A DNA stretch of 64,000 nt from Eledone cirrhosa (GCA_964016885.1 OZ024741.1:31744001-31808000); one strand, 5' to 3'; shown: positions 30,772-46,250, counted from the first letter of the stretch. Program-made: numbers and translations. Notes: generated by a model not told the origin, from the letters alone.

Positions 30772-33700
30772 CTATAGTCTGATGTAGAGTGAAGGCCCAT
30801 TCACACGGGCCATTCTCGCCACTTTAACCCATCTTTCATAGAAACGGCTGGGGTGCAGCACCTCTCTCTCCATCCTGATCCTTCTTCCGAAATGATATCG
30901 GAAGAAACGGACCAGTTGTTGGCCAGAGAGAAAGGTGCCCGACCTCAGTCCTTTCAGACGCGTCCACCATACAACCTCTTTCGCCATGGCTATTACGCAC
31001 AGAAACACCGCCTCTGCTTCATCTTTGAAGGGGGGAGGCGGCTTGATCATTACAATAGACTCGGTGGTCAACCGGATCGGTCCCACCCTTGACAGCAGTT
31101 GTTCGACATAGCCCCACAGATCGGCTACGCCCGAGCAGTGTACTAATGCGTGTGCAACGGTTTCCTCGTCGCACACGCATCTGGGACAGATCTTTTTGGC
31201 GAGGTCCCTACCCGGGCGCCCGTGTCTGTAGAGCCTTTCTCGAACGGGTAAAGCCCCTCGGTAGCACTGCCAGGCCAGGGACTTCTGGAAGTTGTCCATA
31301 GGTCCCGGGCTGAATGTCCTACCGAACAGGCTGGCCAGTTCGTCCTCCTCCATGTCTAGGGCTTCTCCGAGGGCGTCGTCGCACCTGCTGCGTACCAGCC
31401 CACCTATAGAATGTTGCGGTGGAGTCTCCACTGATAACCGGATCCGCCTGCCAGAGGGCGGTGAGCGCCTGGGCACACTCAGTGTGCCAGGCGCCCAGTT
31501 TTCTCGGTCTTTGCTTGACCCAGGATTGCAGCTCGGTGAGTGAGACGAGTCTGGGAAAGGTTCGTCTCACAAACGAGGCCCACACCGGTTGTCCGGTGAG
31601 GAATACGTAGAGGTGCCGTAGCCTTAAAGCGTGTTTACGCATCATTAGCCACGGCATCCCCAGCCCTCCTTTCGAAGGGTGTTGACAGCAGATGGATCTC
31701 CTCACCATAGGAGCCCGCCTCTTCCAAAGGAATTGGAAGAGCGCGCGCTCCATCTTGGTGAGGGTTTCCCTTGGGCAGGGCACTACGGTCAGGCGGTAGT
31801 AGATGACGGACGCTATGTAGGTGTTCGCCACCTCCGCCCGACCTTTCAGGGATAGTTTGCAACTGGCCCACTTCTGGGTCAGTGCAAACACCCTGTTCGT
31901 AACCTCCGCCCAGTTTTTCTCCACCTGGAGATCCGGTCCGAACCAGACCCCGAGCAACTTCACCGGGCCCTCCGTCCAGCGTCCGACGACGCTATCGGAG
32001 GGCATCGGTCTGCCCCTCCACGTGCCGAGTTGCAAACCGATTGACTTGTCCCGGTTCAGCTTAGCCCCTGTGAACTTTTCGTACTCCTCCAGTAAGGTGC
32101 CGACCGCCTCGATTTCGGAGGCCGTCGACACCATTACTGTCACGTCATCGGCGTAGGCCGACACCGCTTTCCGCAATCCCGGTTCCAAAGGGATGCCCTG
32201 CAACAACTCCAACTTCCGCAGTAGTGGCTCGAGAGTCAACACATACAGAAGGGAGGAGAGAGGGCACCCTTGTCGGATGGACCGCGCGATTTTGAACGGC
32301 TCCGAGAGGTAGCCGTTCACCTTGACCCTAGAGCAGATGCGGCTGCTATGCATAGCAGTGATCCAGCCCCTGAAAACGGGTCCGAAGCCTGCCGCCGCTA
32401 GCACCGCATCCAGGTAATCATGGTCGACCCTATCGAACGCCTTAGATTGATCCAAGTTGATCAGAGCCCCACCAAAGCCGGGTTCGTTCCCAACCCTCTC
32501 TATGATGTATCGCATGAGGTGGAGGTTGTCATGGATGGACCTGGACGGGATAGCGCATGTCTGCGCATCTCCCACCAGGTTGCCCACGACAAGCGCCAAC
32601 CTCTTTGCTAGCACCTTGGCCAAAATCTGTAACTCTGTATTTAACAGTGTTATGGGCCTGAAGTTACTTATTTCGTCCCCCTTGTTCTCGTCCTTCCTCA
32701 CTAGCGTGACTACGCCCTTGGTCACAGTACAGGGAATTCTCCCGTTCTGTTGCCAGTTGCAGTAGACCGCCTCGAGGAGATCGGGGAACAAGTCCGGCAT
32801 AGCTAGATATAATTCGTAAGGAAGACCATCGAGACCCGGGGATTTGCGTTTGCCGCATTGGCTCAGCACGTCCTCTATCTCAGCGGCCGAAATCGGCTCC
32901 TCGCAGGACTTCGCCTCCCTGTCCGAGAGGCGCGACAGGCCGTCGAGGTATGGACCGAAGTCCACGTTCCCAACCGGCTCCCCGCCCCTCCCGAACAGTC
33001 GGGCAAAGTGCCTTTGAAAGGCCTCACACATCTGCTTAGGCTCAAGAATCGCCCGTCCATCCAGGTCTCGCAAAGACCGGATGGTGGATTTAGTTCCACT
33101 GTTGGCCTCTGTCACGCGGGCCCAGCTAACAGCTTTGGTCCCCTCGTTCCCTAGAGCACGTATTTTACTTCGGACAACGCAGCCTTCGTGCTTCGCGTCG
33201 AAAAACTGGCTCAAAGCCGTTCTCGACGCTAGCACTCTGGCCACGTCGCCGCTTCTAATTGCCTCTTCTACTCTATCTATTATCTCCCTTTCCTTCCTAT
33301 TCCTATCCGCAGCTAGAACCTTACTAAATTCTATCGAGACTACTCTAATCTCTCTCTTTAGAGATACCCACCACCTGCTGTTGACGATCGCTCCAGTCAA
33401 CCGTTCCTTAACTAACGTACTAATCCGATTCCTGTAGGATCTACTTGCCGGCAAGGACAAGTTGAGCTTCCAGTAACCGGGGCCCTGTCTATGAGTTCTG
33501 TCAAGGTTGACCATGCAGGTCACTAATTTGTGGTCTGAATAGCCAACAATGCGCATTTTTGGACAACTTAAAAAGTCCTTATCCTTAATTCTAACTAAGA
33601 ACCTATCTAGGTACGACCTAGATGATCCGCTACGATTTGCCCAAGTCCAGGTTGGCGCAGTCGGAAAATCTAGTCGATATCTATCGGCCAGGTCAAATCG

Positions 33701-34234
33701 ACCGATTAACCCTTTGAGGCTATTACACCCCTCTCTATCGGGGCAGGCCCCTACGTAGTCCCAGCGTGCATCTAGGATACCATTCCAGTCCCCCACTAAT
33801 AGCAAGGAGCGGGACGTCCCTAGAAAAGTCTCCAGACGATGGAAGAAGTCCGGCCGCATTGACCCGAAAGGGCCGTAGGCGGCTACCAACCTAAACGCTC
33901 CGCCTTTACCACTGCCAAGGTCCAGAACCACTAGTCGACCCTCCGGGTCCAAATGTACCATCTGTGTTGCGAGACCCAGATGTTTTTGCAGCAGAACGAC
34001 AACTCCACCCCCACCTCCGGGCTGACAGAGAGATGCGTGCATCTCAAAGTCATCAAAGGTGGGGGCCAGCTGTCGCACGTTGCTGATCCGGGCCTCGCAA
34101 ATAACCATCACATCTATACGTTGTGACCTGAGGTCATTTAGAAGCATTGCTTGTTTCCAAGTTGAGCCCAGGCCACGCGCATTTAAACAGCCTACTCTTA
34201 GCATAGCCATGTTGGTGGTGAAGAGAAAAGGCAC
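30772..34234 (-). CDS. LINE ORF2: APE endonuclease, RT and C-terminal CCHC; one frameshift near 31400
   Basis: CLNARGL, GDWN, SYLDR, SDH, GPGYWKLN, KSPGLDG, FRPITLLN, DQSKAFDRV, RQGCPLS, AYADD. The second frame (30772-31476) has CPRC..ETVAHALVHC. Confidence 0.92.
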
Positions 34235-35138
34235 TTACCTCTCTGCGTCCCGGGTATCGGGCTGCACAATTTCCATTAGGGTGGGGGATGGGTTGTTGGG
34301 TGGGGTGGTGGTTTGTGGAAGTGTGGGGGCATCAGTGTGTTGTGTGGTTGGGGAGCTTGGAGTTGTGAGGGTGTTTGGGGAGGGGGTGGGATAGTTTTTT
34401 AGGAGGACGCGGTTAATGGGCCCGACGCAGGGGGGACCCACGTCCTCTTTAAAATTGTTTTTTAAAGTTTTATAGGTGTCCTGTGGGGCCTTAATCATTT
34501 TGAGGTGGGGGAAATCCCCTGCCTGGGTGAAGTTAGGCCCTTGTGTTTTTATTAGATTGTTGTTGTACACAATGTTTAACAGTTTTTTGTTTCTTGTATT
34601 TATGTATGTGTATGCATGTTTTTGTTTTTGTGTGGTGTTTTTTGTTTGCTGTTGTGAGCTCTTTTGTGTTGGTGTCAGTGTTATGTTTTGGGGAGGGTTT
34701 TTTTTCATTTGTGTGTCTGAGGTGTGTTTTCTTTTTTTTTCTTTTGATTGTGTGGAAGTGCTCCTCCTCGTCTGACGACGAACTAGGGTCATCTTCCGCG
34801 TTGGAGGGGAGGGGTCTATTTTCGGGTTGTGTTTGCGGTACGGGTGTTTTGGAAATTGTTTTTGTTTTTTGAGTGGAGGGGATGGGTTGGACATTGTTTT
34901 GTTTTGGTTTGAGCTGTGGTGGTTGTTTTTGTAGTGGTAGTTGTGGTGATTGTGTTGGTTGTGCAGTTGTTGGTGGTGTAGGCAGGATTGGGGTTTTCTT
35001 ATTAAGTTGGGGACAGACAGCCCTCAGGTGACCTCTGGTTCCGCAGAGGTAACACGAGGGCCGTCTACCCTCAACGGTAATGTTGATGAAGGTTAGATCA
35101 TCCAGTATGACGCGTTCAGGGATCTGGGCGATCCTTTC
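34235..35138 (-). CDS. LINE ORF1 C-terminal part (gag-like zinc knuckle), frameshifted and truncated
   Basis: VEGRRPSCYLCGTRGHLRAVCP (CCHC) followed by a Pro/Thr/Lys-rich tail. Split over ORFs 34533-35234 and 34235-34894. Its stop abuts the start of ORF2. Confidence 0.8.
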
Positions 35139-35727
35139 GGTAGAACTAATATAGGAATATAATATAATAAATATTAATTTATTACGATAAATGCACACGC
35201 ATATATATATAGCTGAAAACTCTGCGTTAATCATTATATTTTGACAATGTATCTACTTGACAATAAATTCTTCGATATTTGTAACAGTAAGTACTTCTTA
35301 AATTTTACATACCGAAAATGTTGACATTGTTATAGGTAATTTTGTTAATGATTACATTTAGGTGGATATTCAACAGTGTATATTTTTCTTTCGCGGGCCT
35401 AGTAAATCCTTTAAAATTTTGTTTTCATAAAATTCAGAATTTTAGAAATATAACACTTTTATAAAAATTTATAAAATTTATAAAATTAATAAAAATAACC
35501 ATCAACTTGTAAAGCCTAACATTTTGATTCTTCACCCTAATATAACATAAATTAAATATTTTGAAATTTAACCGCTAAGTCCATATGTGGAAATATTTTT
35601 TTGCATAAATTACTCCCCTTTATCTCTCCCTCTCTTTAATTATCTATCGGTAGCTTCATAAACTGTAATAAAATATAACTCCAGACATATATATTTCAAG
35701 TAAGCGCGGACAGGAAAAAGACATTGG

Positions 35728-35759
<32 letters not shown>

Positions 35760-35884
35760 TTGCAAGAGATGTCAACATGGACCTGTTATTTTCATCTAAA
35801 GACTTTTTTTCCAATTCCAGCCCACCCGTCCCCTCAATATATCTTATTTCTCATTCTTTCTACTGATGAAGGACTATATATATA

Positions 35885-36004
<120 letters not shown>

Positions 36005-36017
36005 AATATATATATAT

Positions 36018-36519
<502 letters not shown>

Positions 36520-37505
36520 CGTGTGCGTTTGTGTGTGTGTGTGATTGTTTGTGCGTGTTAGGTGTGGAAAAAATGTTATTTGTGGTGCGAATGTCAAGAT
36601 TTGACACATGTAAAGTTGTTCTCAATTCAGGATAATATTAGGGTTAAAAGCCTTAGAAGTGTTTACAGAGCTACACTCCTGGTCAGGAGTAAAACTTCCC
36701 ATAAAACATTTCACGTAAACCGCGACGGATAGAACATCACTATAGGCACCCACTTTCATGGAGGTTGTGTTAAAACGGGTCACGATATAATTTCCCTCTC
36801 ATAGAGCATTGGTGGGGAATTTGAACTGAGACCGCCAAGGTTGGGAGAAATAATTTAAGACATCAAGTCTGACGCTCTACTGATTCTTCTTCCTTACTGC
36901 ACAAAGTGATACTTTATTCATCTAAACCAAAATGAATAGTGCAAGGCCTACAGTTTAATGCAGTGAATCTCGTGCCTCGTCGTGGTTATAATTCAAGGAA
37001 TAAACAGGTATGTTGTTTTATATATTGCTTTCATGTAATAAATATTGGCTGTGTGAAGAGTATGTAATTATTGTTATAATGCACATATATAATTCTTTCA
37101 TCAATTTGTACATGTTTGTGAGTAGTTTAAACTTATCACATATTCCATTACAGTAACAACGTTTGCAGTGTAGTTTATGGTTTTACAACACTTATATTTT
37201 ACAACACTTTTATTTTAGTTACTTAAGTAATTACTTTTAAGTAAATCTAATATTTGGAATAGTATATGTATTACTTAAGAAGGAATTTTAACATAAAAAG
37301 TTCAATGCTGATATCGGTGATTGTTAATAGTCTATGATATCTATTATATATATATATATTGGATAATGTGTGAAATCCTTGGTTCAGTTAGGTATATATA
37401 AAAAAGGAAAAGAATAACTTCACAACAATTTAATCTAATTTAATTTTATGATATATTTTCACAATTTGTTTTGTATGCAACTTTCCTTCTTTTCAACTAT
37501 ATATA

Positions 37506-37699
37506 TATGAAAATGTTTAACCCCGACGGCAGAGCTCAAGCCGTTTCGACGGCTATTTCTCATAGAAATACCCGTCGAAACGGCTTGATATCTGCCGTCG
37601 GGGTTAAACATTTTCATAATATTACCCACTCTACTAGCCTAAATATTGAGTACTCTGGTGCGTTATGGTCCATCTGGTTCCTTACCACACTTCCTTCGT

Positions 37700-37700
<1 letters not shown>
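37506..37700. repeat. Fold-back element; second copy of the 20935 family in opposite orientation
   Basis: Palindrome 37506-37618. Tail 37619-37700 resembles the reverse complement of 20935-21013. Confidence 0.8.
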
Positions 37701-37735
<35 letters not shown>

Positions 37736-38011
37736 CCTCTAATTTTTAAAAACGTTGGCGATAATCTCAAAAACTAATAGCACTTAAAACGATTGGAGTT
37801 TTTCACTTGCACATATTTAAACGTTGAGAATTGTATATACATACATTTATGTGTGTGTATATATATATACATACACACACGCTACATAGACACACGCTAC
37901 ATAGACACACACATACCCCCCCCCCCATATATATATACTTTGAAATGCCCAATACTCTACTAGTTGTTAACACCTCTTCCCTATACACATATTTAGCCAA
38001 TATGTTTATAT

Positions 38012-38204
38012 ATAATTGTTTCTACTTTTGGCACAGGGCCAGCAATTACCCCAGTGCATTACTGGTACTTTATTTTATCGACCCCGTAAGGATGAAAGGC
38101 AAAGTTAACCTCGGCGGAGTTTGAACTCAGACCGTAAAGGAACGTATCTCTTTTCTGCAAAGCATGGCGTCCGATCCTCTACCGATACTGCCAATCCACC
38201 GCCC
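38012..38204 (-). mobile_element. tRNA-derived SINE
   Basis: Full reverse-complement copy of the 5218 family. Confidence 0.9.
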
Positions 38205-38214
38205 TGAATATTCG

Positions 38215-39082
38215 CTGTTTCAAATAATGGTAGTAAGCTGGTTCATTCCATCCGTGCACAATCTTCTACACTAGTTAATCGTCTTCCACTCTGATCTCTC
38301 TTCAAGTACAATGCCGTGATATCAGCTTTTGGATGGTGGACTCCTTACGCAGTTAACAGTTTCATAGATTTTTTCTCGAGTTTCTGCAGATCTTCCTTTG
38401 TCAACTCCACAATCCTAGCTCCATATCTGATAACTAGCGTTGCGCTTGAGTTAATTGGTGGAAAAAAAACATTACTTGAATTCAGCCACCACTGTAAAAT
38501 TTACTTCATCTCATCATTTTATCCTCCTCCAGAATTCCCAAATACTCCTGTCCTTCTCTTTTCTCAATATTTTCATTGTTTAACCATTTGCCAATTCAAT
38601 TCCCTAACATCATTCAAATTTTCCCCGTTCCATTATTAAGGGCGGTGGATTGGCAGTATCGGTAGAGGGTCTGACCCCATTCTTTGCAGCAAAGAGTTAC
38701 GGCCCTTTATGGTCTGAGTTCAAATCCCGACGATGTTAACTTTACCTTTCATCCTTACGGGGTCGATAAAATAAAGTACCAGTAATACACTGGAATAATT
38801 GCTGGCCTTGTGCCAAAAGTAGAAACAATTATTAATAGCGCACATCTCGAGCCCGAATTCCTTTCCAACCATATTTGAGAAAATGTGAACTGTATGTACA
38901 AGACTTTCCTGCTGTTTCTCATTTTTCTCACAGACCATTAAATCACACGAGAATAGACGTGAATTTATCTGACTCGACTCTTTCCCCGAATCATAAACTA
39001 TTTTCACTCTCCTAATAGAAATAACAAGAGAGTTAAACAATCACCTTGGAATACACCAGATCTGATGTTTACCTTACCAAGC
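38215..39082 (-). pseudogene. Decayed R4/Dong-like LINE RT, interrupted by a SINE
   Basis: IRSGVFQGDCLTLLLF; QINSRLFSCDL..TVHIFSNMVGKEFGLEMCA (resembles INHLLFMDDL..FS..IGM.FG.EKCA); downstream HHPKADI..LYLKR..GR.L. Confidence 0.75.
38639..38834 (+). mobile_element. tRNA-derived SINE nested in the R4/Dong remnant
   Basis: Full copy with ATTATTAA on both sides. Confidence 0.9.
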
Positions 39083-40041
39083 TTCCTCCTCCTCCTCCTC
39101 CTCCTTCTTCTTCTTCTTCTTCTTCTTGCAGTAGTAGAAATAACAGTAGTAGTGGTGGTAACAGTAGTAGCAGCAGCAGCAGCAACAGTAGTAGTAGTAG
39201 TAGTAGTAGTAGTAGCAGTGGTGTTGGTGGTAATAGAAATAGTAGTAGTAGTAGTAGTAGTGGTAGTAGTAGTGGTAGTAGTAATAGTAAGTAAAGAAGA
39301 ATGTGAAGAAGAAATATTGCTGTGGGAGCAGTTGTTTCTACTCACAGATTTTGTTAGTTTCAACATTGTTATATAGTTGCTATTGTGATGATGATGATGA
39401 TGATGATGATCATGATGACTATGTTGTTGTTGTTGTTGTTGTTGTTGCAATTGCAGTTATTATTATTGATTGAATATAATTAGTGTAGAAATATTTCTCC
39501 ATACTTAAACCTATAAACCAATTTTGGAAAAGAATGGAAACGAGGCATACATATAACATGCCCCCCCCCCACTCTCCAAAGCCATACCCACTACAACCAC
39601 ACAACAACCATTATTAACACTATAACTACTACAACACAGCAAACAGCCATCTCTTCATTCACTCTTCCTCAAGTCCTTTTAACATCGATAGTTATGTAAG
39701 TGTGGAATGGAAATTACTTCTGCACATGTCTCCCTAAACTTCTGAATAATTTCTCTTTCAATTAAGGTGGTTTCTCTTTTGTCATCTCAGCTTTGCAATA
39801 ACCCCGGTGTTAATTGTTGCAAATGTGTACTTGCACTTACATTTAGCTTTTAAAACTAATCTATACTTTCTCAAATATTAATTTGCTAATTTAAGTTTCC
39901 TCTTTGCCATCATCGATGTATGACAATTTTTGTTTGCAGAAAATGCGCTTATCGAGTATTTGTATTAGTGCAAACGCCCAATATATATATTTATCTACAC
40001 ACACACACATGTATATATATAATATATGTATATATATATAC

Positions 40042-40075
<34 letters not shown>

Positions 40076-40483
40076 GTATACACAATATATATGTATACAT
40101 ATATATATATATATATATACATATATATAAAATATATATACTGTATATATATAGTGTATATATATATTTATATATATATATACAATTTATATATATATAC
40201 AATATATATGTATATATATATATATATGTATACATAAATATTGTATATATATACATATATATATATGTATATATTGTATATATATATGTATACATATATA
40301 TATATGTATATATATATATGTATATATATATATATGTATACACAATATATATGTATACATACACACATATATATATATATACAATATATATGTATACATA
40401 TATATGTGTGTGTATGTGCGTGTGTATCTGTGTATATGTGTGTGTATATGTACAAGTATATGCATACACATATATGTATACTG

Positions 40484-40523
<40 letters not shown>

Positions 40524-40596
40524 TATGTGTGTGTGTGTGTGTGTGTGTATGTACATGTATATGCATAGACACATATGTATACTGTACATGTAAATG

Positions 40597-40631
<35 letters not shown>

Positions 40632-40960
40632 CTATGTGTGTGTTTCCTTTCTTAGGTTCTCGCATCTATTTTGAATGAACATATGATGTAACATTATCAC
40701 AACCTATCGTTTCTATCTAGTTCTGACAAGATACACCTTCCATAGAAATTCTCCTTCTTTCATATGTTCATATTTCCATATTCATAACATTGTTTCATTA
40801 TGTTCGAAATGTCGATTATCTCTTCTATGTCTTTCCATATTTATGTTTGTTGAAAGGGTAACACTCAAACCAGCATCATTATTTGAAAGGTTCCTATTAT
40901 ATCTTGAACTGTAATCCATAGGAAAAGATGGTAAATCTTTAACAGTATTGGAACTTAGTG

Positions 40961-41110
40961 AAGGTGCATGGCTTAGTGGTTAGAGAATTGGGTTTGAAAT
41001 CGAAAGGTTGTGAGTTCAATTCTTGGACCGGGCGATGTGTTCTTTCCTTGAGCAAGACACTTTATTTCACGCTGCTGCAGTTTACTCAGCTGTAGAAATA
41101 AGATGATAGG
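40961..41110 (+). mobile_element. CORE-like tRNA-derived SINE
   Basis: TGGCTTAGTGG (A box), GAGTTCAATTC (B box), CCTTGAGCAAGACACTTTATTTCAC. Confidence 0.75.
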
Positions 41111-42649
41111 ACTGGAGTCCCTATCATTAAATCACCCAAGACACCTCCAACGAGATATACCTTGGCGGAGGCCAACTAAACCTGCATAGGTATGAGCTGT
41201 AAAACAACACCATTGGAACTTGCTTCATTACTTTTAAAATATTAATTATGATTCCGATTTCATTTCCCCCCACCACCCCCATGTTAAACATGTTAAACGT
41301 GTAACATTCGAACACATATATGACGGAAAGCAAAATAATATTATATATTTCCTTTTGGAACAATTGAACACCCACATCAATTAATTTCTGGCAATGAAAA
41401 TGTGTAAAGATATCAAATAATGAAATATTTGATAAGAGTTCTTGATAATATATGATTATTTTTCAAGTTACTAACATAACGTGTAATGTTAATACTGTTT
41501 CAATATTACCTCAAACGCCTTTCTGATATGAACCATGTCAGGTATGACGGACATACAGAGAAAGATGATAATTTTGCTGAAAGTGATTATGAGACCAATC
41601 AAAACGTAGACATAGATATCTAAATAATTATAAAATAATTCTCGTCACTAAGAATTATTAAGACAGAGTTTATTGTTTAAATAGTAAGAAATTCTCGAGG
41701 GAGCTGGATAGCAAGCAGGTCTTCACAGACCCCGCCACGCAACAAGCAAGTGTTTCGGATATTAATTTCTTATATTCTAAGGGGATCGGGCCGTATCCAG
41801 GTCATACATTCTGGGTGCCATTCTGCTGGCATGTAGCCATTCGCATATCAGAGAAATGTTGTGTATTTAAAACATTGATTTTGTTGACAGGATCTAGCTG
41901 GAGCCCATTCACTTACCTCTGCTTTCAAACTTATATCCAAACACTTTCTTGTGATTGAAAAGGTAAGGTTGGTGAGATGTCAACTGTGTCACTGCCGCCG
42001 CCAATATTACAACTACGAATCACACTGAGTTACTTCCCTTACCGTGCGCAAAAAATACAAACACGGTGCACTCAAACAGTATGGAGATCAATTTTGTTCC
42101 AGCTTTGATCACTCCATATTTTGTTAGGTAATTCATTCACCCTAAATTCTCCAATGTATAACCTTATGAAATCGGTGCGGGGTACTTTAAGGCAAATATG
42201 ACAGCTAAACTCTCGCAGCTCAGGCGATCTCACAGATGATACTTTCTTTCTATATTTTTGTTTCAGTGGACGTGTGTATATGTAGGGTATATAATTTCCG
42301 AGAGTGTAGATGTATGCATATCTACATTTCGTTTTGCGATCACACCTGACATATCTGTCATCATTTGTAAATTTAATTTGTGGTTATGCAATCGTATGAT
42401 ATTGCTAAAACTTTCTGCGCATTTTGATACACACACCCCCACACACACAGACGCGCATATATATATATGTGTGTGCAAGCATGTGTGTGTGTTTGTGTGT
42501 GCGTCTTTGTGTGTGTATGCATGCGTTACGAGTGTGTGTGAGTGTGAATATTTGGTTACAGAATTTGTGAACATGTTCAAAAGTGAACAATTATGTCTTC
42601 GCGTTTGAGAGTGCTTGAATGACAGCGTACACACACACACGCAGACACA

Positions 42650-42756
<107 letters not shown>

Positions 42757-43040
42757 GCACACACACGCACACACACACACATATAATAAATATATATATA
42801 TATTAATAGATAAATATATATGTATATATATCTATCTATTTGCTAAACCTTGATTATATATATATATATACACGACTATTGGTAAGCACGAACTCATGCG
42901 TATGGCTCTATACAAGTGCTGTACAAAATGATTTAGCTATATTTTTATACACAATTTCATGTGTGTGAGTTTGTGTGTTTATGTATCACTGGAATGTGTT
43001 ATAATCTGCATATATACGTCTCATATGAACTTATGCATGA

Positions 43041-43132
<92 letters not shown>

Positions 43133-43674
43133 CTGTGTATCTATATATGATATTGTGTAAATATGCGGCTCTGTTAATGTGCCTCTTTGAATATGTATGT
43201 GTGTGTATGATATGCTTGGTATCAGATATTTATTAAAATTTCCAACGCGCCCAAGAGAACGAGATAATATGCAAGATGGATGAACAAATTCGTAATTAAA
43301 CAATTTAATCTTTACATTTCACCGTGTCCTTTATAATATAAATTTTCCCTTCATTACACATAATCATATTATATTTAATATATTTCTGCTTCTGATTACT
43401 GGTTGGTTATATTTTCGTCGTACTTCTAGCATCTGAGCTATCTGCCGAGCATAGTTTTGAATAATGCTATTGACTCTGAATTTACTCTTAAAATAGGGAT
43501 TTCAATCAGCGGGTTTACCGATTTTGGAAACGTGACTATCCTATAGCCGTATGTATGCGCAAGGGATTATGTTTATGCTGCAATTCTTATCAACTATACG
43601 AATTCAGAGAAGACATAATACAGTGTTAAATTCAGATAAATATATAAATAAATAATATATATATATATATATAT

Positions 43675-44036
43675 TTATGTAATAAACAACATAAGGCAAT
43701 TATTTCATTTACCAGTGGTTTCTTGAAAGCAAACAAATTTTGCTTCCAATCATCAGAATGAAAAAATCCTGGTGTATTTATTGACATTGGATTTTAAGAA
43801 CAAAAATATAATCTATATGAAAGTGAGGCTGGAAAAGGAAGAAGGAAAGGAAAAATAAACACACATGCACACACACACAATTACATACACACACATATAT
43901 ACATACACATATATATACACATACATACACACACACATATATATATATACATACACATACATATACATACATACACACATATATATCAACATATCCATAC
44001 ATACACATACACAGAAATACAGAAACACACACACAC

Positions 44037-44073
<37 letters not shown>

Positions 44074-46250
44074 CACACACATACATACACACATATATAC
44101 ACGCATACATACGCATGCACAAATATAGATATATGTACACACACAAATAGTTCTAAGAAAAAATATAATAATAAAAATACCGTCACATAAGAATAAAAAA
44201 TAAATGTAAAAATTATTATAAAGTTGACAGCGATACAGGCAACAAATAAATGAACTAACACACGTGGAGTCATCGGAGCATTATCAATGTTTGTATATGT
44301 AATTAACCTCCTATTCAACTGAACAATAATATAGATACATATATATTGATGTTGTAAGCAACAGTTTCGTATTTAGAGGGTGGAATGGATGTGACATATT
44401 TTACGATAATTGTATAAAAATTAAAATTGAAATTAAAATTAAAAGCACAGAGTGGAATACTTGCAACAGATAATACAAGAGAATAGTCCAATAATTAAAG
44501 AGGCATTGTGAAAGGAGCTTTGTGAAAGAAAGAGTTCATTAGCAATACATATGCAGGTGTGTAGAAAGTGCACATGCGTTAGACATATATATGAGAAGGA
44601 AATAAGCAAAGTTATTATGCATATATAGATAATAAATACTGTATTTTAAGCACAAATGTTGTGTATTAAAATCTAAGGTGGACGTAGTTTGTTGATAGTG
44701 TCTGAATTTGTGTGTTTTGAGGAGAATAGAGTTATTGCAGTCTCTTCCATTACATATGTTGAATTATATTTTAGTTAATGTTTATATTGAATGTTTAAGT
44801 TAGTTAAAGCAATGGATTGTAAATTAGTCTTATTGTATTCATATACATGGACTACATTAGCTCAACAGGTAGGTTTTCTAACGGTTAAAATATCCGGAAG
44901 TGGGTAAGGGGAGCTAATGCGTAAGGGGAGGTAACTAGCTAATTAAATTCAGTTATTCAAAATCTTTGCTCTAATACACATTATAATGTGATAAAATAGA
45001 ATCTCTATTATATAATGCTATACATTTATACTTGATTTTAAACAGAGTGTGTTTTATTATAATACATTAAAGGTCTCTTAAGATTGTTATCCATTCATTA
45101 CTGGACAAGATATATGTGATGGAAAATAGCTGTTTATATGTTTAACTAGATATATCACCTGTGCAACAATATACATTATTGTTTAAAAATTAATCTCATG
45201 CATACAATGCTATTGCATTATATATTTAAATATAAATGTATATATACTTTAATATTACTACATGTTATTAATTTAAGTATTTAATTACACAAATGCCTAT
45301 ATAGTTTATTATTACATATTACATTAAATGTCTCTATATATTAAATATCCATTACTTTATATAATATAATTAAGCTATTCTAGTTATACCAAAAGGTGGT
45401 AACTTTATGATTAATTCTAACAGTTATTGCAGAGTATAAGGTTAGAGGTACATAGGAGTTGTGTAGAAGGAAGAGCTGATCAAAGGGTCTGTAGTTGTGG
45501 GGGATGATAAATCCTAGATGTGAAGTGTTAAAGGTGGTGGAGAATTCAAATCTGACATTGATATATACTAACAGCTAGGTTGAAAGTTATGGAAAGTGTG
45601 ACGGTATTGGTGTTGGCACGAGGAAAATGTCTCCGACTTTTTATTAAGGAGGTCTGGTTTCGAAAAGATTATAGTATGGGTCTCTAGAAGACAGAGATTA
45701 CACAATTTATTCGATGGTTTATACGATGAGGCCCCACCTACTACTTCCCATTGCAGTGTAAATGGTCTATTCCTAGTTTTCATAGAGTGTACGTAGCTAG
45801 ATAAAGAAGTAGTGTTGGCCAGATTGTGTTTCTTGAAAGAGTGGAGGTGCGAGTTGTATCTCGTCTTGAAGCTGTTCGAAGTAGAGCCGATATATGTTTT
45901 AGAAGAGTTGTTTGCGTTGATGGTGCATGAGTAGATGATGTCTTTGGTTAATAATTATTACCTAAGGGGCCAGTTCTATTAGTTCTACAGTTACATTTAT
46001 TCTGGGTTTTAGCTTGCCGGTTCCTATGTTGTGAAGAATTCTAGTTGCTAGGGATAGCACTAGGGTAATGATTCTATCATTCGTATTGTAATTGATTTCA
46101 TTAGTGCTATTGTCATTATTACTATTATTACTACTATTGTTTACAGGTACTAAGTTTACCTCCTGTTGTGTTTTAATTAGTTGGAAATAATTATTAATCT
46201 TCTTTTTATTACTACTAGCTATATGGTATGCTAATATATACAAACATTGA
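43675..46250 (-). mobile_element. 5'-truncated Naiad-type PLE (GIY-YIG at about 45568-45950, long 3' UTR, HHR)
   Basis: KDIIYSCTI..KTYIGSTSNSFKTRYNSH..CNLCLLET..LLNKKSE..C.H; HHR near the (TA)n-bounded end. The right boundary is approximate. Confidence 0.8.
43703..43763 (-). ncRNA. Type I hammerhead ribozyme motif
   Basis: TTTCATT-CTGATGA-TTGGAAGCAAA..TTTGCTTTCAA-GAAAC-CACTG-GTA-AATGAAA; canonical core with all three stems. Confidence 0.85.

Larger units (their letters stand above)
30508..35138 (-). mobile_element. Tx1/L1-clade LINE, 5'-truncated in ORF1, 15-bp TSD
   Basis: GGTAGAACTAATATA at 30493-30507 and 35139-35153. AATAAA and a short A-rich tail at the 3' end. GC-rich compared with the flanks. 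Confidence 0.93.
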
